64,000 nucleotides of DNA from Scyliorhinus canicula. Taxonomy: Eukaryota. The notes beneath the pieces were generated by a model, which was given only the letters and a program-made list of their open reading frames with translations, was not told the origin of the DNA and did no database searches. Positions 25,925-39,371 of this stretch are shown here, one piece after another. How positions within the stretch are numbered: the stretch's first letter is position 1; each line of letters starts with the position of its first letter. A program made the translations under genes and the position numbers. Where the stretch lies: positions 8,319,569 through 8,383,568 of the forward strand of contig NC_052153.1 of the NCBI RefSeq assembly GCF_902713615.1, written 5' to 3'.

Positions 25925-26510
25925 GGCGCCACAGTGGTTAGCACTGTTGCCTCACAGCGTCAGAGACCCGGGTTTGATTCCGAACACAAGTGACTGTCTT
26001 TATGGAGGTTGCACATTCTCCCTGTGTCTGCGTGGGTTTCCTCCGGGTGCTTTGGCTCTTTCCCACAGTCCAAACATGTGCAGATTACTAATAATAATAA
26101 TCCTTATTATCACAAGTAGTCTTACATTAACATTGCAATGAAGTTACTGTCAAAAGCCTCTAGTCGCCACACCCCGGCCTCCGTTCGGGTACACAGAGGG
26201 AGAATTCAGAATATCCAATTCACCTAACAGCACGGCTTTTGGGACTTGTGGGAGGAAACCGGAACGCTCGGAGGAAACCCACGCAGACACTGGGAGAACA
26301 TGCAGACTCCACATATACAATGACCCAAGCCAGGAATCGAACCTGGGACCCTGGAGCTATGAAGCAGCAGGCTAGGCAGATTGACCTTGCTAAATTGGCC
26401 CTAGGTGGGGTTACAGGGATTGGGTGGGGGTTTGGGCCCAGGGAGGGTGCTCTTTCAGAGACTCGATGGTTTGAAGGGCCTCCTTCTGCACTGTAGGGAT
26501 TTTATGATCA
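25925..26510. mobile_element. Type-A V-SINE (+) interrupted by an antisense type-C SINE (~26088-26370)
   Basis: The core breaks at ...acatgtgcagatt and resumes at gctaggcagattgacc... after the insert. Confidence 0.75.
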
Positions 26511-27489
26511 TTTGCCCTAAAAGCCGTATCACTTTAATTCTGCTTATGGAACAATAACTTTCATCACTCTGCCACCTCCATTATATTTCCCACAGCAAGC
26601 AAACCTCATAGACCCCAACCTAAATGACATTTATCCTGGATGGGGTGGGTGTCCATTTTATTTGTCTCAAAATGGGGAAGTTTGGCAAAGCAGAATGCAG
26701 AGTGAGTAAATATTAATGTGGACGCTTTCACTTATCATCTATTAGGAATATTAGGGCCAATTCACATAGGAATGAAACCAGGAGAAACTTCTATCGCACT
26801 GGACGCCCCAAAGCCCTTCAACAGCCAAAGTACTTTGATGCAGCGCAGGAGGCCACACTTGTTGGTGCTTGTCCTTTGCAAGAGCAATTCACCCAATGTA
26901 GTCACGTTTGAAGATTAGTTGTTATAATGTAGGGAGACATGCAGACAATCACTTAAAAGTAGGGTGTGTCATTCGATACGGACAAACTGAATTTTTAACT
27001 ACACTGCCGGCAGGTTTACCTAATGGCCCATTCACAGCATTTCAACAACACTCCCTCACAAATCTGTGAAATGCAAAGATACATTTCCTGCAAATTACAG
27101 GACACTGCACACTACAGTATATATGCTTTAGAACCTATTCTACCAGATTGGGTTATCAGAAATATTGATCCAGACCCAGAAAATCAGAGAATCACTTTAA
27201 CCCAAACGGCCCTCCTTCTATCATACAGGAAAACTTCCTAGTTTGCTGGAAGTTTCAATCAGGCCGACAAAGTCAACAGAAATCAATACCCTGTTTAAAA
27301 TCAGGCAGAAACCAGCTTCACGGGGCAAGCAGTGAAACACATTCTCCAGTCAATCAAAAGGTTTTTCATTCAGTACTGTCATCAAAGGAGTCTGAAAATA
27401 TTGCACTTCCTGTGTAAGCAGCTCTCACTGACACGCACACGAGCTTTAGTTTTATCAAAACTATTCTCATAAAATGATTTTAAAAACAT

Positions 27490-27495
27490 TTTATT
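27490..27495 (-). terminator. Probable TOPORS polyadenylation signal (AATAAA)
   Basis: tttatt on the + strand, ~535 nt downstream of the TOPORS stop, after an AU-rich single-copy 3' UTR. Confidence 0.6.
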
Positions 27496-28030
27496 GCCAA
27501 GCCAATTGCCAGTTTTGATTGTTCTATATATTTGACAACTATTTTAGAACATTCAAGTCCAATTATTTACAGTCTATGCATTACGTGATTATCGACAGTC
27601 TGGAGCAGTTAAATTGCAAGGTTGTGTGATGTACTTTTGGCAATAATACAGATGAAAAGAAACCTGTAACTTGTTTAAATAGATAAATCCACACAACTTT
27701 TAAGTCCCACCTTAATACACCATATTTATAAAATTTTCAATGGATAAGATTTGGCATAAGAATCTACACCTTCTTCGTCACTGTCGAGCAGCATCTGCAC
27801 ACGATTGATCTGTACAGTGCTACCAGTCTTGCCACAAGAACTTGTACATAAGATGCCAGCTTGATGACCACATACTTCGAATCCTCCTTGGTGCCACAGT
27901 ATGAATCTAATATAATTCCCTGGGTGGGTAGGAAACTGGAGGGGGTGGGTGGAGGGTTGGGGGAAATGGCTGGGGGAGGGGGCCAGAGCAATTTCCAATT
28001 TCAAGCCAACATTGTCTTGCAAAATATTTT

Positions 28031-31000
28031 TCATGCATTTTCCGTTGGGCGGCTAAATAAGTTGGCTCCATTAATGAACCTCTTTGGGATTTTCAATATC
28101 AAAGGTGGCCTGTCTGAAGAGCTTTTAGGAAGAGTATTACTTGGCGAAGAGCAGTGTTGTCCATGGTCTCTCTCTTCCCCTATGAAACTCCGGGGATAGT
28201 CAACATTGGTCACTGGACTGACATCTTCTTGGTCAAGGCGAGTCTGTTCGTTTGGATTTGGAGGACTAGGATCAGAATCTGCGGACAATCCACACACGTC
28301 CAAAGACTCAGTGCTCGTGTGCCTGATGAAAATATTCGGTGTTGTATCAGAAAGTTCCTGAGGTTCCAGGGTTTCAAGAACACACTTCTCAACAAGTTCA
28401 AAATGATCATTAAGGAGGTTAGTGGTTGTGTCCACAGTGCTGTTACCATCTTCCATACTTGTAACAATTACATCGCTATCACTCTCAATGGTTATGACAA
28501 GGGGTGAATGACATTCACTATCAGCCTGTTCACTGCTCTTTTCCCTTTTCTGTTTCTTTTTGTGTTTCCTCTTCCTTTTATGGTGCCGACTTGCCTCGGT
28601 TACCTTCCCCTCGTACACTATCTCCACGCTTACACTTCTTTTCTTCTCCTTGTGCTTTTTCACCTTTGGCTCATTGCCCAGTGTACTCTCAAGTAACACA
28701 GAGCCACTTTTCGAGTTACTGCTGCACTGTGAAAGAGGGCCAGGAGAACTACCCTCCTGTCGGGGCAACATGTGAATTTCTGATGATAAATGAGCAAGCT
28801 GCAAACTTGCACTTTTGCTCTCTTTATTGGAGGAACTTTCCAAATAATGAGTTTTGTATTTACGTTTGCCCCCGGGTTTCTCTGGTCTCATTTTATCAGA
28901 CCTACCGGAGGTTGCTCTAGATCTGGTACTGGACGGGCTTCTTGATCGATAACTTCTGTACTGGTAATAAACATCATCCCTGTGGCTACTTGGGCTTCTG
29001 AAGCTCGTACTTTCAGAACTAGATCGAATTCTATAATCCGAACACGGTGATCCTCTCCTGTGGTGAGTTCTGTTTCGATTTACAGAATCATGGCCATCGC
29101 TCGTTCTATTATGGTAAGTATATCTTTCCCACTGATAAGAGAAACCCCTGTTTCTTTCCTGGTATTCCCTCATGTAGCTGTATGCCCTCTCCCGACTTCT
29201 GGACCTCCTTCTGTCTCTAAGAGTAGCATAGCCTCTGCTCCAAGAACGCGACCTAGCTCTATGCCTGTAAACAACAGTGTCACTATTCTGTGACCTTGTC
29301 CGACTTCTGGTGATTGGTGCTCGCTCTCGGTTCCTTGATCGCCTCCTGTCTTGAGTTTGATGAGCATGAATTTCCCTGCTGCCTGACCTGGCCCTCTCTC
29401 TTGATGAAGATCTGTCTTGGCCTGCTCTTCTGCTTCGGTTTTTAGCTTGATGCTCACCTCTGCTGCAAGAGTAAGCCACCATGGCTCTGTCCCTGGTGCT
29501 TGATCTCTCGGTCCTTCTAAGATCATGCTTGTCTCTACTATGTGATCGGACTCTTGATCGATCCTTCGAACTGCCTCGACCTCTGCTTGACATCCTCTCC
29601 CTGTGTCTGCTTGAACACGATACACTGCCCCTAGAATGGGAGTTCTTATGACTGTGGCGCTTATCTCTTTTTGATTTGTTACTCTTTTTCTGTTTCAACG
29701 GCTTTCTTTTCAATCGCTCCCTGGACACGGACGATCTAGCTGACGATGATCTAGTTGACGAGGACAAACTGCTGGTGCTGTGGAATCGTAAATGTGTGGG
29801 CTGCTGGACAACCTCGGTGCTGGTAGCCTGTACGGAAACTTCAGAGTCGGAGCTCAGCTCAATAAGTTCAGGAGTCCTTTCAGCTAAAGGCTTCATGTAA
29901 CCGACTATTAAGCAGTCGTCGACTGAGCGAGCTGGGTTCTCTTCCTTTGTGCCTGGATCAGACTTTATTGACACCGCAAGTAAAGAGGATGCAACCTGTG
30001 GTGGCGTCTCCTCAGAAACAGCAGAGGTTTCACCAGGTGAGGAGTTAACAGATTCCATGGTTTCTGCCACTGAGTAAGAAGGACCAGGCGTTTCATCATC
30101 CCATGTTGTCTGACTTAGGCCAAGAGGTAACTCTGCGGGATTGGGAATGGGTCTATCTTCTCCTCGAATGTTAGCGGTATCAGGGGATATTGTGATTACA
30201 GATAAATCAGAGTCACTTTCTTCCTCGTAGGATGGAGCCGGGCAGTCATAGTTGGCCCTCTGGTCATACGATTCCATGTTGAATGGTGCCCGTGCAAAAC
30301 TTGTAAACTCGTGCAAGAAATGTTCTGTGCGGCTGAGTAAGAAGGGCCTGAGTTCACCCTGAAAGGCCTGGCCATCCATGTCATATCGGACAATGTTTGA
30401 CATGATGATATGTTGCACAATGTTGACCACAGAGCCATGGGAGCCAAATAAGACGCAGAGTTCCCGTTTCAACCACGGCATTAGCCGGTGAAGACAGGCG
30501 GCGTTGCGGCGGAAGAATTCAGCAGAAATGTCTCGATACCGACCCCCATCCTGGATATTCCTGACTCGCAAACCCGACCGGTACAATTCCCGTCTAAAGT
30601 TGATCATCTCTTGTTCTTGGACCTGGCGCGTGGATCTGCCTTCAGATTGTGCTCTCCTCCGGGCGCCCAGTCGTAGCATCATCCGATGCAAATTGGGCCG
30701 CTGATGTGCCCGGGGCTGCCGCCCAAGTGTTTCGAACACCACTCCATTGTCCGGCACTACGGGGAAAACCGGGGACCGCCGAAGCTGACGGCTCGAGCGG
30801 CGCTCCCGGGTTAGCGTTGTTCGGTACCTAAACCTCTGCCCACCTGGACTGGCAAAGGAGCCATTCTCTGTTGCCTTCAATACATACTCCTGAAAGTCAT
30901 TCTCGGTTCGCACACTGTGGAATATGGAGTTGAATGGTTGCTTGCATAGGGGACATTCAGCTTTGTTTCGAGACCATTCCTGAATGCAGCGAAAGCAGAA

Positions 31001-31168
31001 TTTGTGAAAACAGCGATCGATGTAAGACATGTTGTCAAATCTGTCAAGGCAGATGGGGCATTTTGCATCCGGGGATGCATCAGCCCGGACCCCATGTGGA
31101 ATCTTGCTGGTTTCAGGCTCTGGTGAACACTGGTTCTCTGTGCTTAAATCCTCTGTTGCAGACGCCAT
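28031..31168 (-). CDS. TOPORS: E3 ubiquitin/SUMO-protein ligase Topors, main coding exon (exon starts at 31171; first in-exon ATG at 31168; 1045 aa)
   Basis: Long ORF with a C3HC4 RING (CPICLDRFDNMSYIDRCFHKFCFRCIQEWSRNKAECPLC) and conserved Topors blocks (RFRYRTTLTRE, LHRLMPWLKREL, HFLHEFTSFARAPF, WDDETPGPSYS, KPLAERTPELIELSSDSE, KPGGKRKYKT). It also has an RS-rich region, SIM-like motifs and a basic NLS. The acceptor ggtttacAG|ATT ATG GCG TCT gives 'IMAS', as at the start of the large human exon. The first 26 residues of the ORF-track call are intronic. Confidence 0.97.
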   Translation of the reverse strand: MASATEDLSTENQCSPEPETSKIPHGVRADASPDAKCPICLDRFDNMSYIDRCFHKFCFRCIQEWSRNKAECPLCKQPFNSIFHSVRTENDFQEYVLKATENGSFASPGGQRFRYRTTLTRERRSSRQLRRSPVFPVVPDNGVVFETLGRQPRAHQRPNLHRMMLRLGARRRAQSEGRSTRQVQEQEMINFRRELYRSGLRVRNIQDGGRYRDISAEFFRRNAACLHRLMPWLKRELCVLFGSHGSVVNIVQHIIMSNIVRYDMDGQAFQGELRPFLLSRTEHFLHEFTSFARAPFNMESYDQRANYDCPAPSYEEESDSDLSVITISPDTANIRGEDRPIPNPAELPLGLSQTTWDDETPGPSYSVAETMESVNSSPGETSAVSEETPPQVASSLLAVSIKSDPGTKEENPARSVDDCLIVGYMKPLAERTPELIELSSDSEVSVQATSTEVVQQPTHLRFHSTSSLSSSTRSSSARSSVSRERLKRKPLKQKKSNKSKRDKRHSHKNSHSRGSVSCSSRHRERMSSRGRGSSKDRSRVRSHSRDKHDLRRTERSSTRDRAMVAYSCSRGEHQAKNRSRRAGQDRSSSRERARSGSREIHAHQTQDRRRSRNRERAPITRSRTRSQNSDTVVYRHRARSRSWSRGYATLRDRRRSRSRERAYSYMREYQERNRGFSYQWERYTYHNRTSDGHDSVNRNRTHHRRGSPCSDYRIRSSSESTSFRSPSSHRDDVYYQYRSYRSRSPSSTRSRATSGRSDKMRPEKPGGKRKYKTHYLESSSNKESKSASLQLAHLSSEIHMLPRQEGSSPGPLSQCSSNSKSGSVLLESTLGNEPKVKKHKEKKRSVSVEIVYEGKVTEASRHHKRKRKHKKKQKREKSSEQADSECHSPLVITIESDSDVIVTSMEDGNSTVDTTTNLLNDHFELVEKCVLETLEPQELSDTTPNIFIRHTSTESLDVCGLSADSDPSPPNPNEQTRLDQEDVSPVTNVDYPRSFIGEERDHGQHCSSPSNTLPKSSSDRPPLILKIPKRFINGANLFSRPTENA

Positions 31169-31356
31169 AATCTGTAAACCAAAAGTAAAAGATCCAAATG
31201 AAGTACTTCTGAATCCATACAGAAACAAAACGATGAGAAAAGATGTCATTTCCCCCTGTAAAATCCAATTAAGTTAGCCATGTATTGTACTGTACAGGCA
31301 GGCTGGAAGTCAGGTTCCAGACCTCTGCCACTCATAGCCAGGAGGTTCATGGAGAG

Positions 31357-31387
<31 letters not shown>

Positions 31388-34300
31388 ATCTGGTGTACCC
31401 TCCAGCGGAGAGCTGCAAATATCTGAACCCAATGTACAGTTGAGATTGACCAGCTCAGATTTTTAGGAACTATGACGAAAACATAAGCACAACCAGTCTG
31501 TGCCACCTCTTTTAAATATAACAAAACAAGGATTTGGCTTAAAACATACAGGCAGGATACAAAATGTACTTTATAGGAGGCATCTTGATGTACCATGCCT
31601 TGCCTTTGAACAGCGATTTCAGAGCACCACCTGGCAGGTTGCATTTCTCAAATGTACTATTTAAGACACCACTATCTTCAGCATAAATTGGTTGTGGATT
31701 ATTTATATACATGTTATAAAAAGGCACAAAGGAGGTTTACAAGGATGAAGCCAGACTGAGGGGCTATACACATCAGCAAAGATTGAACAGGTTGGTGTTG
31801 TTTTCTCTGGAAGGGATTCTCCGACAATCAGCAGTTGAAGCTAGAACTGATGTTAATTTTAAATTGGTGACAGATAGATTTTTGTTCAGCACAGCAAAGG
31901 TAGGTCTATAGAGTTAGGTCACAGATCAGCCATGATCTCATTAAATGGCGGGACAGGCTCGAGGGGTTGAATGGCCTACACCTGTTCCTATGATAATGGA
32001 AATGCAGAGATGATGTTTCCATCTGTGGGAGAGTTTTAACGTGACTCTCAAGAGTTTCAATGGTTTATTATTGATTGATACGGAATTCAGGAGAAACGTC
32101 TTGAGCCACAGGATGGTGATGATGTGAAACTTGCCACCGGGAGTGGTTGAGGTGACTTGCAGAGACACATTTAAGGGAAAAAAACAGATAAACACATTGG
32201 AGGAAGAATTGGAAGGAAACAACGAGAGGGTGAGATAAAGGTGGGAAAGACTTGCATGTTAAAGGAGCTGCAATAATCTGGGATTAGAAAGTTTGATCAA
32301 AAAGCATGAGCCCTGGAAATGAGAAAAGATCAGTTTTCTTTTTAGAGAAATTTTTTTTGCTGTTAATTAATTGCTCATCTTTTTACATGGTGTATATTCT
32401 GAATCAGTCTAGGTAACCTGTACACTCTGCAGCCCTCCAGGTTAAATAATTACCCAGACAAGCCTATTTCACAGACAGATGAGCTTTTCTATCTAGTTGA
32501 TTCTGCATCGCACAGTCCCCTATTTCCAACAACTGCATGACTTACAGCTGAGTCGGAGATTAGGTTTGCAGCTATGCTGCTTGACAGCACCTCCCAAACC
32601 TGTGGCCTTCAAATTACATACCATCCAAAATTGAAAATTTTGCTGCTCTTTCAGTGTTATTTGCTCAAAATTCTTGAAGTCCCCCAAAGCACAGTGGGAG
32701 TACCTGCACCATATGGACCGCAGGGGTCAAGAAGGTGGCCCATCACCAACTTTATGGGCAATAACTGCTGGACTTGCTAGTGATGCCCAAGATATTAGTA
32801 CAAGAAATTGTACTAGTACACATAGGTGTTTAGATTTTCACGAAGGATTGATATGATAGCGATTTCAGTTGCATGCATCAAGTAAAACTGCAATGTGAAC
32901 TTTCCATTCAAGGCCATTCCCACTTAGAATACGCAATAAATACCCGTCACTGTAAAACTTTACACAAAACATATTAGCACTTTGGAAAATGTCCAAATTG
33001 GAATACATTCTAAATCTGCTTTTCTCAATCAGGAGGACCACTGTGCGCACACAACCACTGAACCGGAGTGATTGAGCTGCCAGCCTTCTCTTTCCCCATT
33101 AGTACTATCTCTGAACCAATTAACAATAGAATTAACATGGCGCTGAGGACCCGGGTTCGATCCCGGCCCTGGGTCACTGTCCATGTGGAGTTTGCACGTG
33201 TCAGCGTGGGTTTCACTCCCACAACCCAAAGATGTGCAGGGTAGGTGGATCGGCCACACTAAATTGCCCTTTAATTGGGAAAAAAAAATAATTGGGTACT
33301 CTAAATTTATTTTTTAAAAGTCTCAACGGAAACTGTCTTGCGGCTGTAACCATTTACTTGGGAGAGTGGTAAGATTGTGTAACTTGATACTGCAGGGAGT
33401 GGTGAGGCAAAAATTAGATATATTTAAGAGGAAGTTAGCTAAACATGAGACAGAAAGGAATAGAAGGATATGCTGATAGGATGAGATCCAAGTAGAGTGG
33501 GAGATTTGTGTGGAGCATAAACACCAGCACAGACCAGTGGGGCCGAATGGCCCTGCTCATCCTCACCAACATCTCATAGCTGATAGGCTAAATTGCTGGT
33601 TGCCATGTTACTTGTCTTTTCAAATCACTATTACAAGCGAGTCTCAGTATTTCACTGTGCTGACAACAGCACAGGAGAGAATCAGCTAAAATGGATGGAC
33701 AAGGAATACCGATCAACAGAAAGGATGCAAAGACGGGCAAGGCGATCGCAAAATGTTTTATTGAAACTGAAAGCCAGAAAAGTGGTTAAGAATACTTCCA
33801 TTACAAAGCACCAGTTTTCAATGCAGTATTATTACTCTGCTGGAGATTTGCTACAGGGCAACTGCTGACTGTAGATGGACTCATCTGGAATGCAGACATG
33901 CTACACTATGGGGTTGTGCAGCAGCTTTGAACTGATACTTTAGAGCAAAGTACTATAGCTACTGCCTTTGCAAGAACTCGACGACAGAAACATTTCATCG
34001 TGATCAAACCTTTGAACCACAGCAGACCTTCAGGTCAGAAGCTTCAATCCCAGCAGTTGACTAATAAATAAATAGGAGTGTATTTTCTCGCAATGAGATT
34101 GTCAATTTGGAGGATGAGGGTTCACTAGATATTTAGGTCGAGATTTGCCCCAACACATTTTTCATGCAAATTTTGCTACGTAGCAGAGAGAATAGTTTCA
34201 TCGCCCCAGTCTGCAATGCAAAATGTCCAAACTGAAAGAACTGTTTATTTGCTCACTGCATCAGACCATTTTTAATACTTTACTGTGATATCAAGGTCCG

Positions 34301-37300
34301 TTACCTTCATGTGTCCCTAAAAATGGTTTTCCTGCTGAAACACTGATAAGAACTGGTATTTTAACACTTTCACGGACTTGCAAATGGGAATATTTTTCGT
34401 GTTGCTGTAATTCTGACATTAAGAAAGCCAAGGAAAAAAACGTGTTAAGAAGTCTTATTAAGGAGGTTTATTGAAAGCTAAGGTTCCCTTCAAATACATT
34501 GTGGAGAGTACAGCACCAAAATCTAATCTTACTTTTGTGCGATGCTTCCTCACCCTAAACACATAATTCTGCCCAACCACCTGCATTCACGGATATGTAA
34601 CTCTGAACTTACGAGGTTGACAAAAATTGCTTTAACGTTAAAAAGATCAGGAACGGCAAAATGATATTTGTGCATCACCCAACTAAGATTGTACTGCCTA
34701 GTTTCCTTTCCTTTAAACAAGTTTGGAATTTGGTAACATTTGCCAGTAAGCACCTTAACATGAATTTGAAGTGTAAAATAATCTAATAATAGCCAGTAAA
34801 ATCTTTTGGTTATGAGCCAAAGATTAGGGATGAGTAATAAACACTGGCTCGCCAGTGATTCCCACATCCTCTGAACATATCAAAAGAAACATTTTCATTT
34901 ATCTATTTGGATTGGAAAATTAATACAACTTTGCCCTAGTTTTTTTTAAAAAAATCACTTTTATTAGCATGTGCACAGATTTTTGATTCATCAGAAACTG
35001 TGTTTAGTTGCATGCGGAATATTTAAACAGCCTAAATCAGACCTTCTTTCAAATGCTTCCCAAAAAAAAAAAGAGTAAAATTAGAACTTGTGTGATGACA
35101 GGAACTGCACCTTCACACAAAGAGTAGTGGAAATCTGGAAAACTTTCTCCTCCAAAAAGCTGTTGAGGCTGGCAGTCAATTTAACACCGAGAAACTGCTT
35201 GATAAGATTTTTGTTGGCAAGGATATTAAGAGTTATGGAACCCAATCGGGCAGACACAGTTAAGGTACAGAGCAAATTGAATGTTGGGACAGGTTCGAGG
35301 GACTGAATGAATGGCCTCTTCCTTTTTCAACTTTTTATGTTCAATTCCCAGGGGCAATTTAGCGTGGCCAATCCACCTACCCTGCACATCTTTGGGTTGT
35401 GGGGCGAGACCCATGGAACACGGGGAGAATGTGCAAACTCTACACAGACAGTGACCTGGGGTTAGGATCTAACCTGGGTACAGTGAGGCATCAGTGCTTA
35501 CCACTGCACCGCTCCTGAATGGCCTCTTCTAACATTGCATATGTCTATCATTGGTGATTGCTGAACAGTGAAAAGATCAGAGCTAGTGAAGCTACCTGAG
35601 CTATTGAAATATTTTCAGACAGGAATTTCTCAAGCGCGAAGTGTTGTAAATGGATATGTGCAACTGAAGGCTGGGCTACCAATGGAGAGATGGACAAAGC
35701 CAGGGATGTTTGAAAGAGGTCAGAGTTGAGATGACAGTGATGGAGTCATAGTTTTACAGCACAGAAGAGTCAGACCATTGTCTTTGTTGGTTATTAAGCA
35801 CCTATATATTCTCGTCCTATTTTCCAGCACTTGTTCTGCAGTCTTGTATGCTATGGCGTTTCACATGCACCAGGAGTAATCCAGGATTTACAGGCGGGTG
35901 AAGCGAGATATTACTGTGGGAGGTTGTAGGGACAGGTCGTGACTGTGGATGGAATTGAACCCAAAGACAAGCACGTTTCTGTACAGTTTGAGCACACAAT
36001 CTTGAAGTAAATCACACGGTCTGATCCCACATTAATAAGCATGCATACAAAAAATTACTAAAATCACTTTATATATTGTTTAAAAAGTACACAAGCAACA
36101 CTTCTCTTCAAAAGAATCCAACTTAGTACATAAATAACATGAAGGTCCTTTATCAATAGGAAGGTTCATGCATGGGTGGGGTCAAGGAAGAAAAGGATCT
36201 TTTTTCCCCATTTTCTTTAAATTTAGATAACCCAATTCTTTTTTTCCCCCAATTAAGGGACAATTTAGCATGACCAATTCATCTACCCTGCACATGTTTT
36301 TGGGGTGTGGGGATGAGACCCACGCAGACACAGGGAGAATGTTCAAACTGACCCGAGCCGGGATGAAACCTGGGTCCTCGGCTCCGTGAAGCAACGGTGC
36401 TAACCACTGTGACGCCGTGCCGCCCTGCAGAAAAGGATCTCGAGTACAAGTACATTAAAGAGTTGTGCCACAGGTTAGATAGTCCATTAAAAAAAAAAGC
36501 AAACCAAGAACAAGGGATTATTTCTAGAGGGGTAGAATTAAAAAGTAGCCACTAGCTACGTGAAGCAAATAGGGAGTCCAGATGGTATTCTTTTTGATAC
36601 ATCAAAATGATTAATCAACACCATGTTGGGCAAGTGATCTCAGTGCTTCAGTTTACACGACATATGCTGCATATTTCACCCCGAGTGTTTGTTGGTAAAA
36701 TGCCTAGAGTGTATATTGGTCAAGAATGCTTTACTTTCTTGGTTATTCAGCGGTGGGAAATCTTTGTTAAGTAAGTACAACCCTGAAGTGCATTTACCAG
36801 TATTTTGTGAGCATGTGCAAGAAGCTTTCCAATGAAACTGGTGCCTGTGGCTAAAATGGTTTTATGGCAGCCATATCTAGTAAATAATTTCTAACGGACC
36901 ACATAGCCACGGTGGATTATTAATGTGCATTCTCGATGGATTTAATTATCTTTCTGTAAGGGGAAAGGGCAACATAACACAAAACGCTCTAACTGTGGCC
37001 TAACCACAGATGCATAGGGATTTATCAGTCTTGTAATCTATGGCTTGATTTATAAAGCTCTAACTCGTTTCAGGGTTCTATTTAGCCGCACAAGGACTTT
37101 CCAGGAAATTGTGTACTTGAAGCTCTGGAATTTGTTAATTCACACCATAAATATGTGTCATTAGCAAATTTTAATATTGTGTTCAAATCATCAATTGAGA
37201 ACAAAATTGGACAAAGTACTCCAATCCTCTTCCCAGTGATTCACACAAGTCTTTGATTTGCCTAACCACCTACCATATGCAATATACGCATGAACTCTGT

Positions 37301-39059
37301 AAATTGTGATATATATGCATTCAATCATGGAATCAGAGTGCAGAAAGCAAATTGGCCCATAGCACACGTTGTCAGTTCTTTAACAGAACTATCCAATTAG
37401 TTGTGCTCCTAAAGTCCTAGATTTTCTCCTGTCAAAGATTGATCAATTTCCTTTTGAAAATTACAATTGAATCTGCTTCCACCGCTCTCTCAGACAACGC
37501 CTTCCAGATCACAACAAACCACTGCTTAAAAATTTCTCACCTCACACTGGGCTCTTTTGCCAGTTACCTTAAACTTGTGTCCTCTGGTTACCAACCCTGC
37601 CATTCTATTTACTCATAGTAAACTCATAATATTTATAAACCATGATTGAATCTTTTCTCAACCATCTCTGCTCCAAGGAGAACAATATCTGCATCTCTAA
37701 TCTCTTCATGTAACTGAAATCTCTCATCATCTGTCCTGTTGTTTATTGGAGCTTTGGCTTTTAATAATAGACAAACAATCTTTGAGCACTGAAACAGAGT
37801 TTGAGCAGCGACAGATTCAGCTGGTAAATATTTCAACTTGCCATTTAATTTTGTAAAATAAATTTAGAGTACCCAATTCTTTTTTCAATTAAGGGGCAAT
37901 TTACCATGGCCAATTCACCTACCCTGCACATCTTTTTGGGTTGGAGGGTGTAAGACCCACGCAGACATGGGGAGAATGTGCAAACTCCACACAGACAGTG
38001 ACCTGTGAGGCAGAAGTGATAACCACTGCACCACCTTGCAGCCCCAACTTGCCATTTCAAATCGCAACGCAAAAGTTTAAGAGTAGACCTGATACAGGTA
38101 CTCAGAAATGAAGGGGTATGGATTGAACAAGTAGGGAGAAAACCTTTTCACCTGGTAAATTGATCAGTATTCGCAGAACATAAATTCAAAGTAGTTAGTA
38201 AAAAGTGGGAGCTGGGGGGGGTGCAGGGGAATGAGAAATTTCTTCTGAAGATTGTTGCAATCAGGAATGTATTGCCTGAAATGGTGGAATTGGATTCCGG
38301 CACTTTTTAAAAGGCAATTGAACAATCATTTGAGGAACAATTTGCAGGGTTATGGGGTAGTGTGGGTGCAAGGTGTAATGGACTAGCTTTTTCATGGAAT
38401 TGGCAGTACAGTGGATTGAATGGTCTCCTTCTGTGCTCCTTCTGTTCCCGTAGCAGCCTCCCCGAACAGGCGCCGGAATGTGGCGACTAGGGGCTTTTCG
38501 CAGTAACTTCATTTGAAGCCTACTCGTGACAATAAACGATTTTCATTTCAAGATTCCAGTTCTGGTGTCATTCTGCTAAATCTCCGCACCCTCTTCAAGG
38601 CTTTTGATACCTTTCCTAAAGTTTGGTATTCAGACTTGAACACAATACTGCAACTGATTAAGTAGCATTAAATGTTTAACATAGCTTTCTTACTTTTCTA
38701 TTCTATGCCTTATTTGTAAAATCCAGGGTCATATATGCAGTCTTTTCTTTAGAAGCCATGTCATCTTGCCCTGACACCTTCAAATGTACACATCGATCAA
38801 CTCGTTTAATTGAGCAATGATCGTTGCATTCAGACTTCAGCTGACAATACAGGAACAGGAGGCAGCCATTCAGCCCTCTGTTCTGCTCAATCAGATCACT
38901 GCTGACCGAACACCATCCAGCCACCATATCTTCTCCAGCAAAGTAACGTATCATTCTCCTCATTTACAATAAATTAATTGAATCCCATGTACAGCGGTTC
39001 ATGAGAGAGGGTTACACACTTCTAACACCCTTTTTGTGAAGAATTGTTTCCTCACTTTT

Positions 39060-39371
39060 TACATAGAATTTACAGTGCAGAAGGCGGCCATTCGGCCCAT
39101 CGAGTCTGCACCGGCTCTTGGAAAGAGCACCCTACCCCTTACCCAAGATCAACACCTCCACCCTATCCCCATAACTCAGTAACCCCACCCAACACTAAGG
39201 GCAATTTTGGACACTAAGGACAATTTATCGTGGCCAATCCACCTAACCTGCACATCTTTGGACTGTGGGAGGAAACCGGAGCACCCGGAGGAAACCAACG
39301 CACACACGCAGAGGATGTGCAGACTCCGCACAAACAGTGACCCAAGCTGGAATCAAACCTGGGACCCTGGA
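39060..39371 (-). mobile_element. HE1-like V-SINE type A, 5'-truncated
   Basis: Near-identical to 13200-13541. Confidence 0.85.

Noticed and set aside
1-27400. RIG-I (RIGI/DDX58), which neighbours TOPORS in human
   Set aside because: No CARD or helicase exon was recognisable by eye. It may lie outside the window; tBLASTn would decide.
31172-31249. Hydrophobic N-terminus (MTSFLIVLFLYGF...) of the 1072-aa ORF resembling a signal peptide
   Set aside because: It is the translated polypyrimidine tract of the intron upstream of the TOPORS acceptor.
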